A stretch of DNA of 63,303 nt, the filler included, from Octopus bimaculoides (lineage: Eukaryota): NCBI RefSeq assembly GCF_001194135.2. It is 5 parts of 5 records of this genome, joined end to end, with 100 filler letters (N's around TTAATTAATTAA, not from the genome) between each part and the next. Parts side by side here need not be neighbours in the genome. Positions count along the whole stretch, not along the records: positions 1 to 25,874 come from NC_068983.1; 4 more parts are not named here. One strand, 5' to 3'. A program made the translations under genes and the position numbers. The stretch's first letter is position 1; each line of letters opens with the position of its first letter. Below are positions 1 through 11,114 of this stretch, one piece after another. Below the pieces are notes generated by a model. That model saw only the letters and a list, made by a program, of their open reading frames with translations, did no database searches and had not been told where the DNA came from.

Positions 1-1
1 C

Positions 2-235
2 ATGGGAACTGCCCATATCCTACGTAAAATACTGTCTATGTGATCTCAAATTTTAAAGCAAACACATAATTGTCTTATGGTTTCTTAAACATTCACTTGA
101 ACAAAACTGTACAAATCCAAATATATGGTACCCTAGGCATAACACCTACATGAACTTCTAACTTGTTGTCTCTTGAGGTCTCTGGGTGAGCCTTGGATCC
201 AACTTGTACGAATGCAAAACAAAAGTCAAACATAA

Positions 236-303
<68 letters not shown>
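2..303 (+). mobile_element. 3' end of an R4/Dong-clade (RLE-type) non-LTR retrotransposon: last 13 codons, ~190-bp 3' UTR and (TAA)n tail
   Basis: 2-43 translates MGTAHILRKILSM*, the C-terminal signature of R4-clade RLE ORFs; the same motif ends the 3881-4219 copy. The UTR runs into a (TAA)n array at ~236-303. Confidence 0.8.
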
Positions 304-305
<2 letters not shown>

Positions 306-1029
306 CCTAAACTTGTAAACACACATATAAACATACGCGTCTACTTTTATGTATGCATACACATAGAAAAAGTTGTATACAGAAACCGTTGTATACGCAC
401 CAACATATGTATATAGACATAAAAATATTTCCATTTATACACATTTATATACATTCATGGCTACACACACACATATGTTATCAGCATCGTCGTTATAGTC
501 ATCAAACGCTCTTGTAATATAAATTCAAATTCACTGATTTCAAGGAAACTGCTGCAAATTTCTCTTAACGAATGTGAAACTAACTTGTCTCAAAATTTAA
601 AAATAAGCCTTTATATCTCTACGGCATTCCTTTTCAACTCTGCTTACATATAATCAACCACAAAAGTAAAATGAAGATTTATTTCAATTACATGGTTTCT
701 ATTGTATCAAAAATATAATTAGTCAGCAAAGTAGGATATTTTCATGTCTCCAAATCTCCTCCATATAGCAGTCTGCCCGACGTTCATTCGATTTTCACTC
801 CAAAAAATGAAACATTTGAATATAATTATGTATGAATTTTTAGATTCATCTCTCTGAAAATATTTTCATGTTTTCATGATTCTCTTTTTGTTTCTATTAA
901 ATCAATCTCCAATTATTTATGATATCACAACGGCATAAATTCTACTTACACACATGTATACATATATGTATGTATGCATGCATACAAACATGCATACACA
1001 CATATATGATTGTGTGTTTGCATATATAT

Positions 1030-1061
<32 letters not shown>

Positions 1062-1559
1062 GGATGTCAGTGTGTATGTCTGTGGATGTATATGTGTATA
1101 TACAATGACACAATGCATACACATGCTTATCTTTGCTTTTGCGGCCTGTCCCTCTGTGAACAGTTAGATCCAGTTTTAAGATCATTTCTGAAGAATGGCT
1201 ACATTGACAAAGTAACGAATGAAAGAATACATGAATGTATGCGTGTATTGATAGTATACATGAATGAGCTGCAACGCAATTTTCCCCACTTCCTTTTAAT
1301 GTTAGCAGTGAAGATTAACTCATTAACCAGACACTCAAAGTTGAACAGTACCTATGTATTGAACAACATAAACTCAAATTTGAAATGGAAAAACAGGAAA
1401 CAATACTATGGCATAGATGCTTACAACAACTCTATCTCTTTGTTGGGAATCGGTCCTTCCATAACACTACTGAACGTATGATTTTATGCAGTGTTGTGTC
1501 TATATTTATGACTACAAGATAATCACAAAATGAATCACACCACATATTGATTCCAAATT

Positions 1560-1700
1560 TAGGCAGAAGGCCAGTAAGTTCGGGGAGGCAAGTCAATTGC
1601 ATCGGCCCCTGGACTCAACTAGTACCTGTTTTATCGACTACGAAAGGAAGAAAGGCAAAGTCGACCACTGCAGACTTCGAACTTTGAACTGGAAGGATGA
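1560..1700 (-). mobile_element. tRNA-derived SINE family A, partial copy
   Basis: Reverse complement aligns by eye with the clearer copies at 31803 and 40643 (ttatcgac..gaaagg..aaaggcaaagtcgacc..tttgaact). Confidence 0.65.
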
Positions 1701-2526
1701 AATGCCGGCAAGCATTTCGGCTAGCGCGATAACGTTTCTGACAGCTCGCCGTCTTATTCAGATCACCTATGAAAACCGATTTGATATCATATGCACTAAT
1801 GCTCAACATACTAATGTGCCTGAAATACATTCCATATTTACAACAAGAAACGATATACATATAATTTGCCACGCAAGTAGTCTATCCATTACATGAGAAA
1901 ATGCCTGACATTTTATTTTAAATTAGAGATGACTTCCTGTATATAATTTTTATTTGTTTTTTTTATATATAGGGCTTTAGCAATTTCTGCAATGTAGGAA
2001 GAAGGTGATACCCCATACACGAATATATTATTATATACTTTAGAAGTGTCCAAATTGGCAAGATGTGACATATCCACATCGATTCCCTGATCAAGAAGAA
2101 GGAAACCTAATAATTTAACTCTTAGTCAATTAACTACTACTATTGCAACTTATAATGATATTTAAATTTACGTCTTTTGGAAAAATAAACGCTTCTACCG
2201 TGCCCATTAGGTTGGGAAGTATATTGATTCAAGCGATCTAGATATCATTGATAAAGTTCAGTCCATTCCAAATTTTCAAATTTAACAGACACAATAGGAA
2301 CATTATTTCCTGTATGTAATGTATTTATTCACCGCAGCCAATATTTATCTTATTTCTTCGATTTACTTGATGCTCTAATCGGTGTCGGCTTGACTATTTT
2401 AATCATTTTCTACGCAATAATTAAATATCTATATCCACAAGACTCGTTAAATCCTTTATCGAGCATTACATATTATATATACTCCCAGAATCGTAAATGT
2501 TCTTGTATTACTTCCAGTTCCATACA

Positions 2527-2630
2527 TTCTGAGTTCAAATTCCGCCAAGGACAACTTTGCGTTTCATCCCCGTAGTTTCGGTAAAATAGAGCACCAGTCT
2601 AGTACTGCGACGCCCGATATCGAACATCCA
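2527..2630 (+). mobile_element. SINE family A, partial copy
   Basis: ttctgagttcaaattccgcc (B-box region) followed by ctttgcgtttcatcc..aaaatagagcaccagt, matching the other copies. Confidence 0.6.
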
Positions 2631-3479
2631 ACCCCAGTTAAAAATCCTAGCCTTCTGCTTAAATGAAAAAAATACTCTACTATGCAAATTACTTCTGTGT
2701 CTAGCAAAGATCCATGGTTAGAATATCAGAGTGCATGTATCAGACATCGGAATCCATGTCATAACACGTGTAGTTTGCTTACAAGAAATCGCACGAGCAT
2801 AACATTGTTTGATCTAGTGTATGAAACTGTGACACAGTCTTCTTTGAACACGATTTAATTTCAACTGCGTTAGAGACATTTCGTTCATGGTGCAGGTTAG
2901 TGACCACGTAGTGTTTGCAGGTCAGTGACCAGGTTGTTACTTTATTTACTGGTGATGATAATACCTTTTGTTGCAGAGATCCTCAAAAATCTGTTTAATA
3001 TTTACGATTTGTTTAGAATTATGTCGCTGAAGTCCATGGGGATCTTTTGGCTGGTGTTGTTATCAACATCGAAATAGAGTTGCTTTTCGTGTATATTCCT
3101 AATGCAAATGCCATTTGGATTGTTTGTGACTTCATCTTAAGTCTCCTACTAATATTCAGAGAAAAATGATCACTATCTCCAGCGTAATTAGAAAAAAAGT
3201 TTGTATTACAAGAATGTAGAAATAAACACTGAGCAAGAAAGTGGGTTAAGCCAAAACGGAAACTATACTTGTAGAAATTAATATTTTACCTATTTTCACA
3301 ATATAACTATATTAAGTGTAACAACAACAAACACAAAAGGAACAAAAATAATATTATTAGTTTTTGTACGTTAACAAAACATTAAATAGTTTCCTTATCT
3401 CAACTGCAGGAGGTGTTCTTCACAACTGTCTATTCAGTAGATAATTTCTACCAACAATAACATTTAATTTTGCTTAGTT

Positions 3480-3860
3480 ATTACGGAAGGACTTGGTGCT
3501 TTTGTATTGTATTCTATGACCCGTCGTAACGCTTCTATGCTCTTCTGGTTTAGGGCATGGAGTGTTTCATACCCTAGGCTGCCTACCACCCAAGGCTAGA
3601 GCGTACAGCCTACACGGGTTACTGATAATTTGGAGGCGCCAAACACTCACATTTTCCCAAACTTCACCTGTTGGTTTAGTGAAGAAGTCCAGCTTACCCA
3701 TTGTGACTAATATGTCCTGTCTACAGCGGTTTTGAAATCAAAATATTCCTTCTCCTAAACAGACAGCCAATTAAGTCTCACGAGTTCTGTCTACCGATTT
3801 TCGGAAAGACTATTGACTCTTAAATTCCTCTGTCCTTTGCTAGGCTTTGTTGACAATGCA
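3480..3860 (-). repeat. Probable RTE-type LINE 5' UTR-like remnant
   Basis: On the minus strand, two diverged copies of a tagccttgg..(tc)taggagaaggaa..ttcaaa-like motif that I associate from memory with invertebrate RTE elements. No coding support. Confidence 0.3.
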
Positions 3861-3880
3861 TAGAATGCACCACCCTAAGA

Positions 3881-4291
3881 TTGATAGAGAACGATCGTGT
3901 AATCGAACTCCGTCGGCCGGTTATTGCCATATTAAATAAGAGAAACAAATACTGTCAGATCATTTACATGAATGTTGTGAGTAAAGAGGTTGAAAATATC
4001 ACCAAGTACTCCGAATTGAAAGTGGAAATAGCAAGACTGTATGGAATGCGAGAGGATATTGTAAAAATGATACTGGTAGTGATCAGTGCGTTGGAGTCAA
4101 TCCTACTGAAACTTCAAACCTTCTTTAGGCAAGTGGAAATCCCATGCAAGATTGATGTCTTGCAAAAAGCAACTTTATTCGGCACAGTGCACGTCTTAAG
4201 GAAAATATTATCTGTCTGAGGTCCTTGTTGTGACTTGTCAGATCACAAAAGACTCCACAACAACAACAGCCACAACAACAACAGCAACAGC

Positions 4292-4322
<31 letters not shown>

Positions 4323-4330
4323 GCAATAAT
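3881..4330 (+). mobile_element. 5'-truncated R4/Dong-clade LINE: restriction-like endonuclease (RLE) domain, short 3' UTR and (CAA)n tail
   Basis: ORF DRVIELRRPVIAILNK..KEVENITKYSELKVEIARLY..LQKATLFGTVHVLRKILSV* is a degenerate form of the R4 PD-(D/E)xK RLE consensus (RPD now RPV). It is followed by a ~40-bp UTR and CAA repeats. Confidence 0.85.
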
Positions 4331-4445
4331 CATAATGATGATAATAATAATAATAATAACGATGGCGATGACGACAGTGATTATGATGAAAATGACAATG
4401 ATGATGATGACGACAATGGTGATTATTTATGACGATTATGATGAT
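4258..4445. repeat. Compound trinucleotide microsatellite (CAA)n/(TAA)n/(GAT)n
   Basis: Directly visible. Confidence 0.95.
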
Positions 4446-4936
4446 GGTAGGAATGAGGATGAGTGTTGCCCCAAATACTCGTTTTAGGTGGGGGCCAGTG
4501 CTTAAGAAAATTCAAATTTAATATTACACAAAGAGAACATAATGAACAAGTCGGAATGATATGATTAAAAGATATAAAACAAAAAAAAAACCTTGGAACG
4601 TACATTAAATAACTGAGAGAAAAAGTACAAATCATTTTCACCCTTATGGACAGTATTGAAATTCTCCAAAACTGGGAATTTTAGTTAACAAAGCTAGAAG
4701 TGGACACTGCGTTGTGTTACTATTCATTTCATGATGCTGGAATGAGATATAGTGATGGTTGTGATGTTAGTAAATAATAGCCATGGTAGTATCATGGTTG
4801 TTAACGCTGTTATAACAACAATAATGCCGTTGATAATACCCATAGAGTATTCTTCTCAGATAGGAAATCTGATCTCTTTGCGGCTTCCGGAATTCGGCAA
4901 CATTCCGCGGCAGCTAAATAAGAAGACTATGACGTA

Positions 4937-4980
<44 letters not shown>

Positions 4981-5443
4981 CTGTCTGTCTGTGTATATGT
5001 GTGTCTGTGTATATGTATGTACGTATGTATAAATCTATACATATACAAATACCACTCGCGCGCGCAGGCACACGCGGGCACACGCACACATACATATAAA
5101 AGATGGAGGTGGAAATAGCACAGAAGTCGAATAAATTTTAATTTAAGAGGGAATTTAATAAAAATGATTTTTAAAATTACATAAAGAAAATATTACCTGT
5201 TTCGATTAATCTTATCAAATAGTAAAAAATTATAAAAACTTGAAGTAAAAACAGTTTATCTTCTCCCTGGCTCTCACAAACATATATATATATATACAAA
5301 TTAAAAGGTTAAAGGATTATCAATTTATTAATTCATTAATAAATCAACAATTAATAATTAAATAATTAATAATTTTTACCAAGCCCATCGGTATGTAAGC
5401 ACCATTATTGGTGGAGAACTTATTTAAAAGCTCATATATATTA

Positions 5444-5568
5444 ATAAACATAATTAAGGGATCAGCAAATATTTGCTTTACCACATACCGAAGTTCAGAA
5501 ATAGCAGCTATTTCTGAACTTCGGTATGTGGTGAAGCAAATATTTGCTTATCCCTTAATTATGCTTAT
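5444..5568. repeat. 125-bp near-perfect palindrome; possibly a 97-bp foldback MITE (5458-5554) between TTAA sites
   Basis: 62-bp arms centred on 5506, with mismatches only at 5448/5564, 5463/5549 and 5479/5533. TTAA at 5454-5457 and 5555-5558. Confidence 0.85.
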
Positions 5569-7956
5569 ATATATATATATATATNNNNNNNNNNNNNNNN
5601 NNNNNNNNNNNNNNNNNNNNNNNNNNNNNNNNNNNNNNNNNNNNNNNNNNNNNNNNNNNNNNNNNNNNNNNNNNNNNNNNNNNNNNNNNNNNNNNNNNNN
5701 NNNNNNNNNNNNNNNNNNNNNNNNNNNNNNNNNNNNNNNNNNNNNNNNNNNNNNNNNNNNNNNNNNNNNNNNNNNNNNNNNNNNNNNNNNNNNNNNNNNN
5801 NNNNNNNNNNNNNNNNNNNNNNNNNNNNNNNNNNNNTATATATATCAGTAAGTTACTAAAAGATTTGCGGCAGACTAAAGAAACTCCCGTGAATTGTAGA
5901 GTTGTAGATATACGTTTGAAACGGAAAGACAAATATGGGATGATGAATGCCATTAGCGATGTATAAAGATGTATGACAAATTAAAGCATTACGCCTCTTA
6001 ACTCCGTTTCCTATGCCAGCATCTCAACAATTTCCTATACAATTTTATACAGATAACTATCAAAAATGTTTGTCAAAATAAACGATGAATCCTTTCAAAA
6101 GACTGAAGAACTAACCGAATATGCCTAACTTTAAATATAAATTAGAGCACGGAAAATTTGTTCTATATATGGGAAGTCAGTAAAATTACCCTGATGGAAA
6201 ATGTAAAAAAACAGCCGATTTATCGAGATTGTTCGATGGAGCCGATGGTTTAGAACACTAATGAGGAAATACAATACAGGAGCACGAAATGTGCGCCTTC
6301 TCTAAATATATGGATATGGATACAAATAATGCTTAAGAAACTGGACATGAATAAAGAAAAATAGAATTATTTGACGGATTACAAAATGTATTAGAATATC
6401 ATTTTTACACCAAGTAATCCGCTTCTTCATCGCATTTATATTATTAGTTGTATCATATGGTTCCATGCTACTGAATTTGATTTTGACACTACTAAATACC
6501 GTAATCAAAATACGTTATCAAAATAGACGTCAAATACTATACCATTGATAGGAAGCACAACCACTGTGGAATCCCATTGACACTTTTAGGACAACAAAAG
6601 GAACATGAAGTATCGGGCTTGGCATTTTAAAATTAAAGAGAATGTAAGAAGATAGTCATTGATGTCATTCACTACATCTGCAAGTCATAAGAAGGTACAA
6701 GACAGTCGTGACTTCTGTTGGATGCAATTGCGAAAGCCCCAAACTGCCTATGTCTATAGAGTAAACATTTTCAAATAAATTTACTTTAGACCTCTAAAAG
6801 ATTAAGATGTGTTCTAACGGGGAAAATGAAAATGCTCATTCCTATGACACATGTATCAAACATGTTGAACAGTCATAACACTAACTTTCTGTGTTTGACC
6901 AATTATTTGAAAAGTACATATTCAATGTAGAAAAAGTCTTTCTCTAATATACAATCCTAGAAGCCTAGTGAAGCCTGGATTTGGTAGCAGAAGAAAAATG
7001 ACCATGAGATATTAAACCAAATAAACACTGAATGATGTTTTGAGAGTATTATACGTAATTTTGTTTCTCATTCTATTAACGAGGCCATGTATGTGGCCCA
7101 GATGGAGAGGTCGACGTTGTATGTTAGGTCTTACTTATCCTGTCTTCATATATTGGGAACGAAACTCGAATAAAAGCTTCCGGCTTAAAAAGAAAACGCT
7201 TCCATGATTTTCTCTTCTCCATAAAGCTATTTATCTTCTAGAATATTTTTTGTAGAACGATGCGCATTGGTTTATATCCGCAAGAAGTTTCTCAGAGTAT
7301 GTATAAATTTAGTAGTTTTCGGTGGCTGAGTAAGAGGTTTCAAAATATGTGAAATTATTATTTATTTATAGTCGTATATGTCTATTTGATGTGTAATGTA
7401 CTCTTCTGATTTGGATGCTTTTCTCTTCTATTTAAGTCTTTGTTAATATTTTGTTTGTTTATAACAGAGCAGTATAGTTGTCATATATTGTGCAGCATAA
7501 ATCTTTTCCTACTCAACTAGAAGGTGAGTTCATATTTAAATATAAATGACAAAACTGATTGCAAAATAAAAATGAAATAAACAAGACAAACCTTACTTCG
7601 TCAGTCCCTGGGTATATGATCCTGAGAACACAAATATTTCAAAGCTTTCGAGGGGCGAAATAGTTTTAACGATAGTCCTTTTACATGAAATTAAGCACGC
7701 TAATAAAAAAGATTCTGTGACATCAAAGGGAACAATCCACTCATACCCAACAGTGAAAAAATCAAAAAAACAAAAACAAGAAAATAATTTTCTCTCGTCA
7801 AAAAAGCCTTCAAATACAAATAAATTGGTAAATTCGCAGAGAGTAACTGCAGAAAAGGAATCCAGAATTCTCAACGGAATTTATAAAATAGTTAAAAACT
7901 AAGCAAACGATAACATGATTCCAAAATGAAGAAAAGGAAATATCTGAACACATTGC

Positions 7957-8318
7957 TGGCACTCCGTCGCTTATGACGTTGAGAGTTCAACGGAACAGCC
8001 TGCTCGTGAAATTAACGCGCAAGTGACTGAGAAATCCACAGACACGTGTACCCTTAACGTAGTTCTCGGGGATATTCAGCGTGACACAGTGTGACAAGGC
8101 TGGCCCTTTGAAATACAGGTACAACAGATACAAAGAGTGAGAGAAAGTTGTGGTAGAAGAGTACAGCAGAGTTCTCCACCATCCCCTGCTGGAGCCTCGT
8201 GGAGCTTTTTTAAGTGCTTTCGCTCAATAAACACTCACAACGCCCGGTTTGGGAATCGAAACCGCGATCGTATGACCGCGAATCCGATGCCCTAACAACT
8301 GGACCATTGCGCCTCCAC
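7957..8318 (-). mobile_element. Near full-length tRNA-derived SINE (family C)
   Basis: Minus-strand head gtggaggcgcaatggtccagttgttagggc (A box) ... ggtttcgattccc (B box), followed by a ~280-bp GC-richer body in an AT-rich context. Confidence 0.75.
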
Positions 8319-9120
8319 ATCTGAGCGCATACAGAATATGAATAAAAATATATTCTCTGGGAATCACTAATCATTAGAAAAGCAGGAAAATAAATATGTA
8401 CGTTAACAAGATTTCAGGGAATATATACAATTTAAAGAAATTGTTTGCAGTTCTGCACTTTCGTTACTTAGAGTATATTTATAATAATGAAAAATACAAG
8501 ACGGAACAAATACAGTTTACTCGAATAGTACAAATAAAGAAGCTGATTAGTTTACTAAATATATCGTCAAATTAGTTCTGAATTTTAATGTAGTCGCGCT
8601 CAGTTTTGCCTTTCGCTTTTCGCATTTAATTTCGCCAATTTTCAAAATAATTAAAATATTTGGTGACATGCAACTGAATTTTATGCACCGTTCTTTATAA
8701 TCAAAAACCTTGTGCATGTGTTAAAGATCACTCATATTTTAAAGAGAAAACCAATGGAATACTATATAATTATAAGGAAAAAATGAAATTATGTTTACAG
8801 GCAAACTAATAACTAGAGGAACATCTAATACACGCAAAACAGAATATAAAAACGTCATTTATGTTATCAGTTACAAGAACACCAAACTACTGCAACGACA
8901 ATAATAATATCCATTATATTTTCTATGACAATACATATTGTTATATTATGCACAAGTATTTCCGGATTGACATTATTGATTGCACCATCCCATTACTTAA
9001 GCAGTTCTCCTTTTATCGGCGCCGAAGTGGTGCAATTTAAACATCTAAAAGTAATTTACTGCCACATAATTACGAATAATGATATATGAATAATATTATA
9101 TGTATTATTTATATTAGTCC

Positions 9121-9376
9121 GACTGGTGTTTTCATCTTGTTTGTTGTTTCACTATGTTTCCTCTGTTGTTTGCTCCAGACTTCTTCAGGTGTCTTGTGTC
9201 GGACTCAATTGGTGTATCGAAATTTCGATATCTAACGCTCATTTCGTCCTCTGCGTTTTTGTTTTATTTGATTTCGATTGTGAATTTACCTTACTGAATT
9301 GCCTGGGTTTCAACTCAGGACCCATAGGTGACCACATTGCATTAACAAACGCCTTTGTCCACTACGTTATGCCCGT
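9121..9376 (-). mobile_element. tRNA-headed SINE-like element ending in a hammerhead-ribozyme-like motif (family E)
   Basis: Minus-strand head taacgtagtgg (A-box-like) and gagttgaaaccc (B-box-like) at 9301-9376, a 16-bp palindrome at 9215-9230, and a hammerhead-like core at 9150-9191. Confidence 0.55.
9150..9191 (-). ncRNA. Degenerate minimal type I hammerhead ribozyme motif
   Basis: Minus strand reads cac-CUGAAGA-A-GUCUG-gagcaaacaa-CAGAG-GAAAC-AUA-gug. It has both conserved core blocks, a 4-bp stem II (UCUG/CAGA) with a G-G mismatch at its base, a 3-bp stem I (cac/gug), and AUA in place of GUA. Confidence 0.55.
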
Positions 9377-10409
9377 ACACAATGACAGACTGAATTTTTA
9401 AGGTTTATAAACCTAAGGTGTAAGTAGTAATGTTGTTACTACAATTGTGAAAATCTGCCCTTGACTTGCTTAGCAGGCTATTATGACTTGTATATGCGCC
9501 ACGCCTTAAGTTTTCTAGTTTTCCAGCTTTCCAGTGGTGCTCTTTTTCTATAATTTTGACTTCATCTCACAAAGGTTGGTAGTCTCCATTTTCTTTCCAA
9601 ACATGTTCGGCTATACTTGACTTTAAGGGAGCGGTATGTATCTTTTTTCGTATACCTTACTGTGGTGCAAAACTAAATTCGATACAAGCTTTATGTACTA
9701 GGAGAGGACAATCCATGTCTGTAAAGACCCGAAAGGACTATTTTATCTATGTCAAGCGCTGACTTAAGTAGATAAAAAATATGCCCTCGTGAACTTTGGC
9801 TCTTCTCTTATGAGAAAAACTTGGGCTAAGACTCAAATTCAAGTAGATGAATTGACAGACGATTATGTGAATAATCATAATCTAATGAATGACAAATGAT
9901 TATGTGAATCTCTTTCTGATGTTCCCAGAGCTATGTACACTAGGTTTTCAGCAACTGTAACGGTTTTCGGAATTCTGAGTAACGAGGATCATGACAAACC
10001 ACCCCACATCATTCTGTAAGGTCTTCGTTGCCGGAAACTATTGTAAGCCCTGAGTGGATGAGGTATGCAGTAGGAAGTCCAGCTTGTTCAAGAATAAGTC
10101 CTTACCATCATGTACTAACCATCGCATGGCTTCCAAACTCACCCACTACTACGAATGCTCTGACATAATGACTCGTAAATACCAACGTAAAGTAAAAAAA
10201 ATGTTCCTTGTCACACCGACGTTATAGAATTAATATTCAACATTAAATTCAGTAAATATCATAACACACTACATTTAACTCAAACCTCCTAAAAGATTCT
10301 TTAAAATTTTGAAAAAGTTCGTATGTTTTTTATTAGACTAAATTACTGCATGAAATTAAGAATGATGTACATGATAAGTTGCAACATAAGAGTATCTCTC
10401 CTAATTATG

Positions 10410-10640
10410 AAGAAAGCTAGCACAAATAGATATAACATAATTATGGACGAGATCAAACAAATTGCTAAACGAAATAAAGCTGATGATAGGATGGAATACT
10501 TAGGCAAAAGAGAAACTTTCCTAACTTCAAAAGATCACAACACTAAATGTAGTTATGAGCCCACCTGCACTCATTTTAAAGCCAGTTACATATCAAATAA
10601 GTGTTGTGAGCAAGAACTATTAAGGCATATTAGAAAGAAA
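10410..10640 (+). pseudogene. Fragment of a Penelope-like element RT N-terminal region (KDH-type)
   Basis: IMDEIKQIAKRNKADDRMEYLGKRETFLTSKDHNTKCSYEPTC resembles the IAxxLxIDDRIE..AFITLKDHKxNFxxxPTCRLINP block of PLE RTs of the type seen at 61-62 kb. Confidence 0.55.
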
Positions 10641-11064
10641 GTAATTGGTAGATACTTAGATGGAATTATAAATAGACACAAATATAAATATTGATTATAT
10701 ATATATNNNNNNNNNNNNNNNNNNNNNNNNNNNNNNNNNNNNNNNNNNNNNNNNNNNNNNNNNNNNNNNNNNNNNNNNNNNNNNNNNNNNNNNNNNNNNN
10801 NNNNNNNNNNNNNNNNNNNNNNNNNNNNNNNNNNNNNNNNNNNNNNNNNNNNNNNNNNNNNNNNNNNNNNNNNNNNNNNNNNNNNNNNNNNNNNNNNNNN
10901 NNNNNNNNNNNNNNNNNNNNNNNNNNNNNNNNNNNNNNNNNNNNNNNNNNNNNNNNNNNNNNNNNNNNNNNNNNNNNNNNNNNNNNNNNNNNNNNNNNNN
11001 NNNNNNNNNNNNNNNNNNNNNNNNNNNNNNNNNNNNNNNNNNNNNNNNNNNNNNNNNNNNNNNN

Positions 11065-11114
<50 letters not shown>

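Noticed and set aside
2891-2931. 16-bp direct repeat TGCAGGT(T/C)AGTGACCA with a 9-bp spacer
   Set aside because: A small local duplication with no further structure.
8230-9376. tRNA genes at the SINE heads
   Set aside because: Only A/B boxes are retained; no complete cloverleaf, and they are fused to SINE bodies.
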